From assembly GCF_009914755.1 (NCBI RefSeq), contig NC_060946.1: a stretch of DNA of 64,000 nucleotides; one strand, written 5' to 3'. The notes below the pieces were generated by a model. The model was not told the origin of the DNA. It worked only from the letters and a program-made list of their open reading frames with translations, and did not search any database. Each line of letters opens with the position of its first letter. The first letter of the stretch is position 1. This DNA comes from the human T2T-CHM13v2.0 reference genome, Homo sapiens. Below, piece by piece: positions 1 through 36,853 of the stretch. Made by a program: the position numbers and the translations under genes.

Positions 1-459
1 TTGAATTTGGGAGGCAGAGATTACAGTGAGCCGAGATCACACCGCTGCACTCCAGCCTGGGCAGTGACAGAGAGAGACTGTCTCAATAAAACAAACAACA
101 ACAACAACAAAAACAGAAAAAAATTGAGCCCCTGATTACCCCACTCCCAAACCTCTTTCATGTCCAGCCTAGCCCGTTTCAGTTGGTGGCAACTCATTCC
201 TTACATTTTTCAGACTCAAAACCCTCCAGCCATCCTTGGCTCTCTCTCATACTACACATCCAACCCCTCAGGAAATAAAGCTATATATATATATCCAGAA
301 TCCGGAAGCTGAGGCAGGAGCCTCAGGAGCCTCGCTTGAGCAGGAACCTTAGGAGGCAGGAGGCTTACTTGAGCCCAGGAGTTCCAGGCTGCAGTGAGCT
401 ATGATTGCACCACTGCACTCTAGCCTGGGTTACAGACTGAGACCTTGTCTCAAAAAAAA

Positions 460-460
<1 letters not shown>

Positions 461-522
<62 letters not shown>
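461..522. repeat. (TA)6(TG)25 microsatellite at an Alu tail
   Basis: Direct reading. Confidence 0.95.
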
Positions 523-527
<5 letters not shown>

Positions 528-666
528 CCAGAATCCAACCATTTGTCACCACCACTGCTACCCCCTTGGCACCTAGTACTGAATTCTCTCTGCCCCTCTC
601 TCCCCTTGTTCTTTACAGTCTATGCTCATCCAGGCAGCTGGGGTTAGCCTTTATTTTAATAATCTA

Positions 667-1347
<681 letters not shown>

Positions 1348-1511
1348 TAATAACCCAAAATGTAAGTTAGATTGTGTTGTTTCTATGCTCAAAGCCCTGC
1401 CGTAGCTTCTCTTTACTTGGCTGGTGATGACCTACGTGATATGGCCACTTTACCTCTGACTTCATCCCTGTCACTTTCCCTAGCTCACTCCACTCCATCC
1501 ACCCCACCTAA

Positions 1512-1916
<405 letters not shown>

Positions 1917-2026
1917 TAATTTTTTGAGATAGAGTCTCATTCTGTCACCAGGCTGGAGTGCTTGGTGCAATTTCCACTCATTGCAACCTCCTGGACTCAA
2001 GCGATTCTCTTGCCTCAGCCTCCTGA

Positions 2027-2194
<168 letters not shown>

Positions 2195-2506
2195 TGACCC
2201 CAGTGTCACTTTCTAATGCGGCCTTCTAATAGGGCCACCCTATTTAAAATGACAACCCAATCCATCCTTCTTCCTCTGCATCCCCTCCCCCACTCTATTT
2301 TCTTCTTCCATAACATCTTTCACCTTCCAATGATACTTCATTTACTCTTTCCTTGTGTTTATTGTCCCTCTCCCTGGCCTGAACAGAAACCCCATGACAG
2401 AAGGGTCTTGGCATGTTTTGTCCAGTGCCTAGAAAGGACCCTGCATGTAGTAGGCACTTGATACATATTTGTTGAATTAGTAAACAATACTACTAACAAT
2501 GATGTT

Positions 2507-2824
<318 letters not shown>

Positions 2825-2857
2825 TCACAAAATATTTTTTAATTAAAAAATAAATAC

Positions 2858-3075
2858 TGGTGACCATTTATTAAGCCCATTACCCACATGCTCTACAAGC
2901 ATTCCATGTAAACCTCATAAGCAAGGTGGAATTTTTTTGCTTCCATTTTACAGTTAGGGAACCTAAGGCAGATGGTGTTTTAAGCGACTTGCCCAAATCA
3001 GCAGAGCTAGCTCCATAGCAGGGAAGGATTTGAGCCCAGGTTTTTAGTTGCCTTTGGAACTCTTGGTCTTTTCTA
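2858..3075 (-). mobile_element. MIR
   Basis: Core ccattttacagttagggaacctaaggcaga...gcgacttgcccaaatcagcagagctag...ggatttgagcccagg. Confidence 0.75.
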
Positions 3076-4230
3076 CTTCGCTCAGTGTTCACTGTAGCTG
3101 CATGTAACATGGCTCACTCATTCATTCACTTGTTCATTTAGTAAATATTTCCCAAGCCTCCTCCATCCCTCCGCCACCCAAAATGCCAGGCCCTGTCCTG
3201 CACACTGGGGACCCATACATCCATGGGTCACGGACCTTGCCCCAGAGGAGCTCTGGTCCCACGGCCTGGGCAATAAGTGTCCCTGTGGGCTTCATTTTTG
3301 TTTTCTATTTTTTAAGAGACAGGGTCTTGCTCTGTTACCCAGGCTGGAGTATAGTGGTACCATCACAGCTCACTGCAGCCTCAAACTCCTGGGCTCAAGT
3401 GTTTCTCTTGCCTCAGCCTCCCAAGTAGCTGAGACTATAGGCATGCACCTCCACGCCTGGCTAAAGTTTTGTTTTGTTGGTTTTTTTTTTTTTTTTTTTT
3501 TTGAGCCTCTATGCCCCAGGCTCAAGCAATCCTGCCTATGTTGCTCAGGCTGACCTCACACTCCTGGGCTCAAGCCATCTTCCACCTCAGCCTCCCAAAG
3601 TGCTAGGGTTACATGCATGAGCCATCACATCTGGCTCCCACGGGGGGTTTTGTAAACTGAACAAAGGGAGCTCCCTTTCCCCAGCAATTCATCCCTGGAG
3701 TCCATATGAACCAATGTTCCTCATTTACAGCAGAAAAAGCAGCTTCCCATGCTCTAACCCCTGCCTGCTCCTCAGCTGAATGAGGCTGACAGGTGCACAC
3801 CCTGCAGCATCCTGCACCTCACCAGGTAAACAGGCCTGAAAGAGGGAGGCCATGGGTGTGGGCACAGGCTCAGGGCCAAGCTGACCTCGCAAAGGCTGAG
3901 GGGCGGGAAGAACAGGAGGAAGTGTGGGCAATGGGGAGCTGCTGGGTCTGGAGCAATTACCATTGCCACATGGTGAAGACACCAGCCCAGAGGCTGACCT
4001 GGGGCTGAGCAGAGCCCAGCAGTAGGGTAGGAAGGGGCCCACCCTTGCTCCTCCAGCTCCCTTTTCTCCCCACCCCTCAACCCCAAACTCTGTCCCTCCT
4101 CCTCACTGCCCTGCTGTCAGTTCACCTCCTTTAACCCTTTCCTCCCGTGCCTCCCAAGGAAAAGGGGAAACTAACAGGCCAACTGATCTTCAACGGCCAT
4201 GGAGCTTCGTTTCTTAAAAATTCATTAAGA

Positions 4231-4890
<660 letters not shown>

Positions 4891-5989
4891 CTAAACACAC
4901 GCTCTTGGCCACACACCTGGGTTGCTTTCCTTCCATATATTCATTTAGTTCACACTCATTGTGTGCCAGACCCTCTGGCAGGTGCTGGCGTCCTGAGGAG
5001 CTCAGGGTCAGCTGGAGAAGCTGGAGAGGCTACGGTTAAACACAGTACAGCTCTGGGCCAGGAGGGGCTGCAGGGGTCCAGAGAAAGAAGTGAATGACAA
5101 CGTCGTAATGACAATCCAGTCAAGCCCCAGGGGTCTGAAGTGGAGCTCATTAGACAATTCAAGTGCCTACCTTTTGCAGGACACTGTCTTTCAGAGGCAT
5201 ACAGGCTACTCTGATTGAGCCCTGATGTTATTCCCTGCCTAGAATCCAGGCTAGGTCTCATTGGAAGAGTGGTGTGGACAGCAGAGTGAAGTTTCTGTCA
5301 TTGGAACTGTACAGCTGGGAGGTTTTAGAAAGGGCACGCTCCCTTCACCCCAAGAAAAAGAAAAGAAGGAAAGGGCACACCCATCATAGAGAGCAGCAAA
5401 CTGAGTCACAAGAGGTGAGATTTGCTCACTCCCTTAGACCACAGGCTGTCTGGAGGCAAGATATCAGGCTTATCACCATGTTCGTAGCACCTGGGGCATA
5501 AAAGGCCTTAAAAAATTATCCAGAGGTAGAATATACATATATATATATTTATTTATTTTTGAGACAAGGTCTCGCTCTGTCACCCAGTCTGGAGTACAGT
5601 AGCACAATCCATGCTGACCGCAGCCTCAACCTCCAGGCAAAAGCGATCCTCCCACCTTGGCCTCCTGAGTAGCTGAGACTACAGGCAGGCACCACCATGC
5701 CTGGCTAATTTTTTAAAAATTTTTATAGAGACAGGGTAGAATATTTATTGATAGGGTAATATAGAAATGGGTTACTAAAAAGATATATGTTATCTAATCT
5801 AAATTTAAAAAAATACAGGCTGGGTGTGGTGGCTCACGCTTGTAATCCCAGCACTTTGGGAGGCCAAGATGGGTGGATCATGAGGTCAGGAGTTCAAGAC
5901 CAGCCTGGCCAACATAGTGAAACCCCATCTCTACTAAAAATACAAAAATTAGCCAGGCATGGTGGTGCACCTGTGGTCCCAGCTACTCA

Positions 5990-6097
<108 letters not shown>

Positions 6098-6231
6098 TCA
6101 AAAAAAAAAAAAACAAAAACCATAGGCACATACACATATATTTTTAAAAGACAGACACTGGTAGACTACAAAATGTTGATGACTGTTATCTGTAACTTGT
6201 AGATTGCAGTTGTTTTTAAAAGACTTTTTAA

Positions 6232-11660
<5,429 letters not shown>

Positions 11661-11666
11661 ATTTCA

Positions 11667-12302
<636 letters not shown>

Positions 12303-12589
12303 CTAAGCAAAACAAAAGGCCTCATACCTGTTTCCTGGGATTGTCAAAAGAGTTGGCCTGAGATGAGGGACGGGAAGATGGAACTTCTCACACAGGCTTT
12401 GGAAGTACCCTCTGGCCAGGCCAGAGACTTCTTAGACTCCTGGGGGCACAGCTTCCACCTGCCCGCTGGTCTCTGGTCTCCTCTGCTGGCATTGGGTGGG
12501 CATGCAACCTGATTATGATTATTTGCTTGAGGTACATCTTCGAAACTCACTGGACCCCTCAGGGACAAGCTGGTCCAAATCTTAACCCC

Positions 12590-13922
<1,333 letters not shown>

Positions 13923-14760
13923 CTAGCTTCCAGAATGATAACCCCACCCCAAGGTGCCTCTGGCACCTGCTCGGGCAGCACTAGGAATACCACACTGAGA
14001 CTGTGCATACCCAGCAGGGCAGGGTGGAATGCTCGTTGCCTGTGTAGTTCACCCAGCGGCAGGGCCTGGCTTAACTTCCAACCTGGCCTTGGCTTAACTT
14101 CCTGAGTGACCTGTCTCTGCCATCCCCTACCGTGCTCCCGTCTCTATATAAGATGCATGAATTTAGTACCTGAAGTAGTCCCTGGCGCAGCATAGATACT
14201 CATGAAGTGGTAGCTGAGTTTTTTTGTTGTTCTTGTTTGTTTGTTTGCTTGTTTGTTGTAGAGACAGGGCCTCACTGTTGCCCAGGCTGGTCTCGAACTC
14301 CTGGCCTCAAGCAATCCTCCCATCTTGGCTTGCCAAGGTGCTGGGATTACAGGTGTGAGCCACTGCTCCCAGCCCAGTAGCTAAGATTATTAATTCCTTA
14401 TGGCTCTGGGGAGCATTCAGAGAGACAAAAGAACACTTCATCCAGTTACTCACTATTCACCTACTGTACAGCTTTGGTCCCTCCCCAGAGCTGGGGGACA
14501 GGTCCTGGAGAGGACTAAGTTATACACAGTGTTGAAACTAAAGGAAGATGAAGGCATCAGACACTAAGCACCACAGAACTCAGGACGGCTGCGGAGAAAT
14601 CGAGTTCCCTTCAGAGCTCATCAAAATTCAGATGTGTAAAGAAAAAAGGATGTTTGTCAGGGTCAGGCTTCTCTTGGTCCACACTGAGCATTTTACCATC
14701 ATCTGGGAAGAGCACCAAGAGCCATCAGGACACTGGATCTTTTAAAAACATGTGAGGCGA

Positions 14761-15144
<384 letters not shown>

Positions 15145-15689
15145 TCACGCCTGTAATTCCAGAATTTGGGGAGGCTGAGGCAGGAGGATTGCTTGAGCCC
15201 AGGAGTTTGAGACCAGCCTGGGCAACACGGCAAAACCCCGCCTCTATTCAAAAAAACAAAACCAAAAACCTGTTAGGGAGCAAATCTCCAAGTGCAGGGC
15301 AGGACCTGGAGATCCTGGGCTCTCGCCCGCGGAAGGGCCGGGGGTAGGACAGGGCCCTGGGCTGGCTGGCTCCTGGCATCTTCCAGGGCCTGCTTCTGTG
15401 GTGACACCTGGCCCCAGGAGGGGAGCCTGCTCTTTTATTGGCTTCACCAGGCCGAGCATGCTGTCTTCATCTCGGCAGCATCCGCCGGCAAAGGGCTGGC
15501 GCCGAAGCCTCAGAATATTCGATGGAAGAAGAATGAAAGGAGAGTGACTGGGTCTGTCCCACATTGTGCATTACAGCACATTTTCTAGGTTTGTGTGTGC
15601 ATTTCCCTCAGGGGCAAGGGGGCCCAGAGACGGGGCTCTTCATTTGATGAGCTCAATGAGTGCCAGGCACTTACGTGTCATTTAAAATT

Positions 15690-15755
15690 GCCGTTTCCAT
15701 TATACCGGGAAACTGAGGCTCAGAGAGGTGACTTGATGAGGTCGCACAGATGGTG
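15690..15755 (-). mobile_element. MIR core at the edge of the CpG island
   Basis: gggaaactgaggctcagagaggtgacttg...ggtcgcacag. Confidence 0.6.
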
Positions 15756-15869
15756 GGTGGACGCGCTGCCTCAAGCAGTGTCCTGTATACTCTGTCCCTG
15801 TGCCTTCGAACCCCTACCCAGTATAAAGGGATTGCGGTGGGGAGAGGCTCCTCAGTCTGTGATAGAAGC

Positions 15870-17210
15870 AATGAAGGACTCAACCGTCCTGCCCCGCCCC
15901 GCCCGGCCTCCTGCTTCTCCCGGTTTCCCTGCCGCAGGCCCCGCTCAACCCCCGCTCTGCCTGCGTCCCGGCCCTCCTTTGCCGCGCCCAGCTCCGAAAT
16001 GCTGCGGCGGGGGCTCGGCGGGGGCTGGGCGGGGGCCGCAGGGCCACAAGCTCCCCCGCCCCCAGCACCCACTTATGTCCCCTCTGCTCTCCAAACGGGT
16101 CCCAGGGCCACACCTGTCTCCTGATCACGACCTGGCCGGAGCCGGGACATGGGCGCCATTTCCGCAGCCCAGCTCGGGTCGCGTCGGTTTTGAAATCAGA
16201 TAGTCTTTTCTCCCGACTCCAAGGGCGTCTGCCCCGCCCAGGGCTGGGCCGGAGGGGGAGGGGGCGGACACCCCGGGGGCGCGCGCCGCTGGGGGAAGGA
16301 GGGGCCCCGAACTTGGAAAAAAGGGAACTCGCACGGAAAAATCAAATCCAAGTGGTTTGCGTTCACCCCTGCTTGGGAGACACAAAGGAAGGGCGCGCGG
16401 GGCGGCGGAGGCGCGGGGCTCCGGAGCTGGCGACGCCCGCGGCTCCCGCGCCCGGGCCGCTTCCGCAGAGGACGACAATCCGGGCCGCCTGGGCTGGCTC
16501 CGGCCACACCCAGAGGCCGCACCTGGGCCGGCGCCCTCTCTCGGCGCAGCCTCGCGCGCCCGGTCCCCGCCGCGCTCGCGTCCCGGGGGGCGAGTGGGTC
16601 CAGATCCCACGAACCCCAGCCGGGACCCGCCCTCCCAAGCTCCGGGGCCAAGGTGGGCCACCTCTCTCTCGGGCTCTTCTCTTTCTGATCTTTTTTATGG
16701 CCTAAACTCGAGATCTCCCCACCCTAGTGCCCCCACCCTGCCACCCAACCCAAGGACTGAGTCTGGAGGTCGACCCTGAACCTTCCCTGATCCTCTACGA
16801 CGTTCCGCGGCCGCAGTCCTCCCGGGCCCCAGGGCTGCAGGTCACGTGCCCGCGGTGGGGGCAGGGAGGGACGCGCAGCGGAGTCTCCGGGCTGCACGTG
16901 CAAGGCCTCGGGGAGGGTGGAGCTCTGGCTTCCCGAGCTGCGCTCGCTCCCGGCTTCCGCCGAGGTGCCCGGGGCGCCGGCCTGGAGCAGGCGGGGGTCT
17001 GGGTGCCTGGGCTGCGGTCGGGAGCGCCTCCGAAGAAGCACTCGGTGCCTGCCCCGCTGGAGCGCAAGCATTGTTACCTATCAGCGCCGCACTTAACAGT
17101 TGTTAATAGCAGTAAGCCCTCACTAAATTGTCACTGCTGGCAGACCGCAGTAACTCGGTCTGACCTCAAGCACCCGATAAAAGAGTTCTTGTCCGTAAAG
17201 TCAGTTACGT
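15870..17210. promoter_or_regulatory. CpG island, promoter-like
   Basis: Alu-free, very GC-rich, dense undepleted CpG; several GC boxes (ccccgcccc near 15892, gggggcgg at 16261), E-boxes GTCACGTG 16841-16848 and TGCACGTGCA 16893-16902, G-run clusters. Confidence 0.9.
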
Positions 17211-17639
17211 AGGAGTTGGTAATCTCGGGTTTTCATTATGGAGAATTTTGAACATAAACAAAAGTCAGGATGGTAAAGTGAGCTCCTGGCGAGCATCCCC
17301 CCACACAGAACGAGCAACTCCTGATCCTGTTTTTTTTTTCTTTCCCCAGCCCCTACCCACTGTTCCTCCCTATTATTGTGAAACAAATCCCTGACATCGT
17401 GTCATATTTCAGCATATGCCCCCTGAAACAATGGATGAAAGGCCCATTGTTTGTTTAGAAAACTTTTAAAAGTCGGGTAGATAAAAATGTTAGAGTGGAG
17501 ATAAAAATGTTCCTAGGTGATGATAAAGAGAATTAAAAAGCGGTTAAAGGAGTGAAAAGACTTAAGTGATATCTGTAAGCCGTGCCCATGCTTTCTGGGA
17601 CATCAGGTGGCCCACGTAAGACCTTGAGCTGGGTGGAGG

Positions 17640-20100
<2,461 letters not shown>

Positions 20101-20366
20101 TAAACAAAATGTAGTCCTAGCACTTTGGGAGGCCAAGGCGGGTGGATCATGATGTCAGGGGATCAAGACCAGCCTGGCCAATGTGGTGAAACCCTGTCTC
20201 TACTAAAAAGACAAAAATTACCTGGGCATGGTGGCACGTGCCTGCAGTCCCAGCTGCTTGGGAGGCTGAGGCAGGAAAATCACTTGAACCAGGAGGCAGA
20301 GGTTGCAGTGAGCTGAGATCATGCCGCTGCACTCCAGCCTAGGCAACAGAGCGAGACTCCGTCTCA

Positions 20367-20838
<472 letters not shown>

Positions 20839-20884
20839 TCATCCGTCCATTGTCAGTCTCTCATCAGCCTTTCACGGTCACCCC

Positions 20885-23945
<3,061 letters not shown>

Positions 23946-23959
23946 CACTGCCGTGGTGC

Positions 23960-28890
<4,931 letters not shown>

Positions 28891-29256
28891 CACAGCTTTC
28901 TCAGCAGTCTAGGTCTCAGCTCCATGGAGCCGCTCTTCCAGGCTTTTAAGTTCTGTAACCTCAGCCTCTTGCCTTTGTTTTCCCACTTCTATGGGTGGTA
29001 GCTGCTTTCTGCATCTTGGCCGTGCCTGTTTGTGGATGGTCCCTGCTGACACTGATTTCTTTTCCCTTCCCTTTTTTTTTTTTTTTTTTTTTTTTGAGAC
29101 AGGGTCTTGCTGCGTCACCCAGGCTGGGGTACAGTGGCGTAATCACAACTCATTTCAGCCTTGACTTCCCAGGCTGAAGTGATCCTCCCACCTCAACCTC
29201 CTGAGTAGCTGGGGCTGGGACTACAGGCATGTGCCACCACCTCCAGCTAATTTTCC

Positions 29257-29337
29257 CTTCCTTCCTTCCTTCCTTCCTTCCTTCCTTCCTTCCTTCCTTT
29301 CTTTCTTCCTTCCTTCTCTCTCTCTCTTTCTCTCTTT
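29257..29337. repeat. (TTCC)n/CT-rich repeat expanded in an Alu linker
   Basis: Direct reading. Confidence 0.9.
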
Positions 29338-30129
29338 CCAGATGGGGGGGTCTCACTATGTCACCCAGGCTGGTCTCAAACTCCTGGGCTCAAGTGATTC
29401 TCCCACCTCAGCCTCCCAAAATGCTAAGATTACAGGCATGAGCCATAGCACCCACCCTTTCCCTTCTGTCTCTGTTCCATCCTCAGCTTTATTCAGCAAA
29501 CACTCTACTGACCAGGGCAGTCCAGTGCCTGTGCTAGAGTGGGTAGTGCTGGGATGTCTGTCCTTTGTTTCAAGAGAACTCTGATCTTGCGGTCTAAACT
29601 TTGGGACTGGCTTGAACCTTCATGGGTATAGATTTTAGGAATCTTGGTGCACCCTCTGCTCCACTGATTGAACTTCCCTGTGGCTTCAGACATACCTTGC
29701 GGTTCCATACCTGGGGGCCTTTGCTTGTGATGTTCTTTTTGCCAAGAGCATTGTTCCTCCTGTTCCTTCTTATTATCGTGACAAACTTCTGCCCCTCTCT
29801 CAAGACCTAACTGAGGCCAGGTGCAGTGGCTCATGCCTGTAATCCCAGCATTTTGGGAGACCGAGGTAGGTGGATCACCTGAGGTTGGGAGTTCGAGACC
29901 AGCCTGGCCAACATGATGAAACCCCGTCTCTACTAAAAATACAAAAATTAGTTGGGCATGGTGGCGCACACCCGTAATCCCAGCTACTCAGGAGGCTGAG
30001 GCATGAGAATCGCTTGAATCCAGGAGGTGGAGGTTGCAATGGGCCGAGATCCAAAATCATGCCACCACACTCCAGCCTGAAGGACAGATTCAGACTTTCT
30101 CTCAAAGGAAAAAAAAAAGTCCCAACTGA

Positions 30130-30712
<583 letters not shown>

Positions 30713-30781
30713 TAGTACAGATGGGGTTTAGATGGGGTTTAGATGGGGCCAGGCTGGTCTCCAACTCCTGACCTCAGGTGA

Positions 30782-31246
<465 letters not shown>

Positions 31247-31309
31247 TGAGTGCTTGCCTATCCCAGGCGTGGGAGCAGCTCACTCAATGTCTACTGAAGG
31301 GATGAATGA

Positions 31310-31390
31310 ATTGGCGAGAGGTTGCTACCCCAATAGATGTTGTGTTGCTAGGTTACAGACTCTAGTGAGGATTGGAGAGGAGGGGGCGTG
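31310..31390. promoter_or_regulatory. CCAAT x3 + X-box + GC-box motif cluster
   Basis: ATTGG 31310, CCAAT 31330, GTTGCTAGGTTAC 31344-31356, ATTGG 31371, GGGGCGTG 31383-31390. Confidence 0.45.
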
Positions 31391-31811
31391 AATGCTGTTG
31401 TGTGAAATGAGAGTGAGCGTCTACACATATTCCTGCAGGATCAGGGAAACTTTGTGGGTGGAAATTCCATACTTCAGTACTGACAGTGTGGCAGGAGTGA
31501 GGTTTGGGTTTCTGACGGTGACTTTCATTATGCGTGGGGAGAGGATGGGAAGAAGGACGGTAGGAAGGAGTTGTGTTAGAGTCTTTTCAGTATACAAAAG
31601 TAGTTTGAAAAATCTTTCAGAGAATATTCTTCCATCATACCTCAAGTTGAGAATTAGTGAATTAAAAGCTTTCTAAGGTGGGGTACAGCGGCTCATGCCT
31701 GTAATCCCAATCCTGAACCTTTGGTAGGCTTAGACGAGAGGATTACTTAAGCCCGGGAGTTCCAGGCCAGCCTGGGCAACATAATGAGACCTCCATCTCT
31801 ACAAAAAATAA

Positions 31812-32180
<369 letters not shown>

Positions 32181-32603
32181 TAGCCAGGATGGTCTGGATC
32201 TCCTGACCTCGTGATCCGCCTGCCTCGGCTTCCCAAAGTGCTGGGATTACAGGTGTGAACCACCGCACCCAGCCTAAGACCAACTTTCTTTTCTTTTCTT
32301 TTTTTTTTAGACAGAGTCTCACTCTGTTGCCCAAGCTGGAGTGCAGTGGCACCATCTCGGCTCACTGCAACCTCCAAGCCTCCCGGGGTCAAGTGATTCT
32401 CCTGCCTCAGCCTCCCGAGTAGCTGAGACTACAGGCACCTGCCACCACACCGACTAATTTTTGTATTTTTAGTAGAGACGGGGTTTCACCCTATTGGCCA
32501 GGCTGGTCTCAAACTCCTGACTTTGTGATCCACCCGCCTCAGCCTCCCAAAGTGCTGGGATTACAGGCATGAGCCACTGCACCTGGCCAAGACCTGCTTT
32601 CTA

Positions 32604-32948
<345 letters not shown>

Positions 32949-33255
32949 CTACATAGATGCCTGCCAGGACCAGGCACAAAAATGTAAGTGAGAGGCAGTG
33001 ATTGGTGGAGAATGTGGCTCCTGTCTGGAGGGAGTCATTGCTACTTAGCACCAAGCAGAAGCCTCCGGAGGAACTATGGGCCCAGTGTTGCAAGACCTTC
33101 CAATTTTTCGGTAGAGGCTACAATTCCAGGTTTTAATGTGAGATCATCCCCAGGTACTGCTCCCTGCCGACGCTCTCCCTGGACACAAGGTACTCTTCCT
33201 TCTTACTCTTTCTCTGATTGGCTCTTTGCACATGTCTCATTGGCAGGGAGGAAGA

Positions 33256-33380
33256 AGAGAGAGAAAGAATTGGAACTAGAAGGGGAAACTGTGAATCTCC
33301 ACAGCTACTGAATGACCATTTCTACATGCTTTTTGTGGGGGAAGGGAATTTAATGGTACAGAATTTACAAAACACCAAAT
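33256..33380 (+). repeat. Copy 1 of a 125-bp non-Alu direct repeat
   Basis: Ungapped match to 36854-36978, 108/125 identical by hand count. Confidence 0.9.
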
Positions 33381-33447
33381 ACAACCCCAAACTCCTGCCA
33401 CTGACCCCAGCCTAGGTGGATGGGTGTCAAGAGATTAAATTGCTGCA

Positions 33448-33465
33448 TGGTTGCCTTGGCAACCA
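33448..33465. promoter_or_regulatory. RFX X-box palindrome TGGTTGCCTTGGCAACCA
   Basis: One mismatch from GTTGCCATGGCAAC, with 8-bp perfect arms; binding not shown. Confidence 0.6.
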
Positions 33466-33960
33466 AATTTGTTAGTGATAAAACAACAGAGAGAAAGCTG
33501 CAACTTACAACCCAGATTTATGTAGTAAAACAAAATCCTATGGCCACAAGCTGGGTGCATTGGCTCATACCTGTAATCCCAGCATCTTGGGAGGTCAAGG
33601 CAGGAGAATGGCTTGAGCCCAGGAGTTTGAGACCAACCCAGGCAACAGTGAGACCCCTGTCTCTCTCTAAAAAAAAAATATATATATATATATATATCCT
33701 GTGGCCGGGAGCTGTGGCTCACTCTGTAATCCCAGGACTTTGGGAGGTCAAGGTGGGAGGATTGCTTGAACCCAGGAGTTTCAGACCAGCCTGGGCAACA
33801 TGGGGAGACCTCATCTCTTAAAAAAAAAAAGAATGAAAAAATTAGCCTGGCATGGTGGGGCACACCTGTGGTCCCAGCTACTCAGGAGGCTGAGGTGGGA
33901 GGATCGCTTCAGCCCAGGAGGTCGAGGTGCAATAAGCCATGATCATGCCACTACACTCTA

Positions 33961-34580
<620 letters not shown>

Positions 34581-35072
34581 TAATTTTTGTAATTTTTGTA
34601 GAGATGCAGTCTCGCCACGCTGCCCAGGCTGGTCTCAAACTGCTGGACTCAAGCAATCCACCTGCCTCAACCTCTCAAAGTGCTGGGATTACAGGCATGA
34701 GCTACCACACCTGGCCCTTCTCTGTTTTATTAGAAGGTAAAAAGATACTCCCTTGGCTGAATTCTGACATTGACTGAACATGGGTGAAGCCAATCAGTTA
34801 AGGCTCTGCTATTTCCGAAGGGAGGATGTAGTTTGTGGGAGCCACTGTACATAGTGGGCCACAGAAATTATTTCCTAATGTTCCAGCCCCCAAATGAGAG
34901 TATTATGCAATAACTTTCATTATGTCTTTCCTTAAAATCTGTTATTTCTTGGTTTCTTTTTTCTTCATAAAACTAGTATTACATTATGGAAAATTTGGTA
35001 ACATACAACTTGATTTTGTGTATTTCTTTTTAGTCTTCTTTTTCCTTTATTAGGTATATTTCAGTTTTCTAA

Positions 35073-35339
<267 letters not shown>

Positions 35340-35595
35340 TGATCTGCCCGCCTCGGCCTTCCAAAATGCTGGGATTACAGGCGTGAGCCACCATGCCAGC
35401 CTGTATGTTTGATTATAGATTTCCCTTTTCTCACTTGGTATCATAGAAAAGCGTTTTTAACTTAGAAGAGTAAATAAAATAAGCTTTCGCATGCATAAAC
35501 ATATGCAATGAGCCAGGCGCGGCGGCTCACGCCTGTAACCCCAGCACTTCGGGAGGCCAAGGTGGGTGGATCACGAGGTCAGGAGCTCAAGACTA

Positions 35596-35869
<274 letters not shown>

Positions 35870-35879
35870 TTATTTAAAT

Positions 35880-36048
35880 TTTTTTTCTTTAGAAATGGGG
35901 TCTCACTACGTTGCCCAGGCTGGAGTACAGTGGCTATTCACAGGTGCAATCATAGAACCCTACAACCTCAAACTCCTGGGCTCACGCAATCCACCTCCCT
36001 CACCTTCCCAAGTCGCTGGAACTACGGGTACATGCCCCTGTGCCTGGC
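35880..36048 (-). mobile_element. FAM (fossil Alu monomer)
   Basis: Single monomer with the 7SL-like gtggctattcacaggtgcaatcatag segment characteristic of FAM. Confidence 0.75.
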
Positions 36049-36150
36049 TTTACTATACTTTTAAAGGTAGTATGGGGCAAAAATAATTCTTTCGTTACTG
36101 TTTTATGCTATGTGAAAGGAAATTGCACTTGCTTTTTATATTGATATTGA

Positions 36151-36474
<324 letters not shown>

Positions 36475-36575
36475 TGAGCCACCGCTCTCAGCCTTGATTT
36501 AGTTTTTTTAAGAGTTTACAAATAGTGTGTGCTAAATAAAACCGTTTTGCAGCAAATAGGTTGATATAACTTTCT

Positions 36576-36806
36576 TTTTTTTAGTTTTTATTTTAGGTTT
36601 GAGGGTACATGTGAAGATTTGTTACATAGGTAAACACATGTCATGGGGCTTTGTTGTACATATAATTTCATCACACAGGTATTACCCCAATGCCCAATAG
36701 TTATCTTTCCTGCTCCTCTCCCCGCTCCCAACCTCCCCCCTCAAGTAGACCACACTGTCTATTGTTTCCTTCTTTGTGTTCATAGCTTCTTATCATTTAG
36801 CTCCCA
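36576..36806 (-). mobile_element. 5'-truncated L1P(A/B) 3' end
   Basis: Typical antisense L1 3'UTR (gggtacatgtgaagatttgttacataggtaaac...), TSD gatataa(c/t)tttct at 36563-36575 and 36807-36819. Confidence 0.85.
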
Positions 36807-36853
36807 GATATAATTTTCTGCCCACAATTTTAAATCACATGGGAAAGATTTAA

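Noticed and set aside
15595-17212. Overlapping 90-200 aa Pro/Gly/Arg/Ala-rich ORFs on both strands
   Set aside because: Stop-codon scarcity in a CpG island; no recognisable domain.
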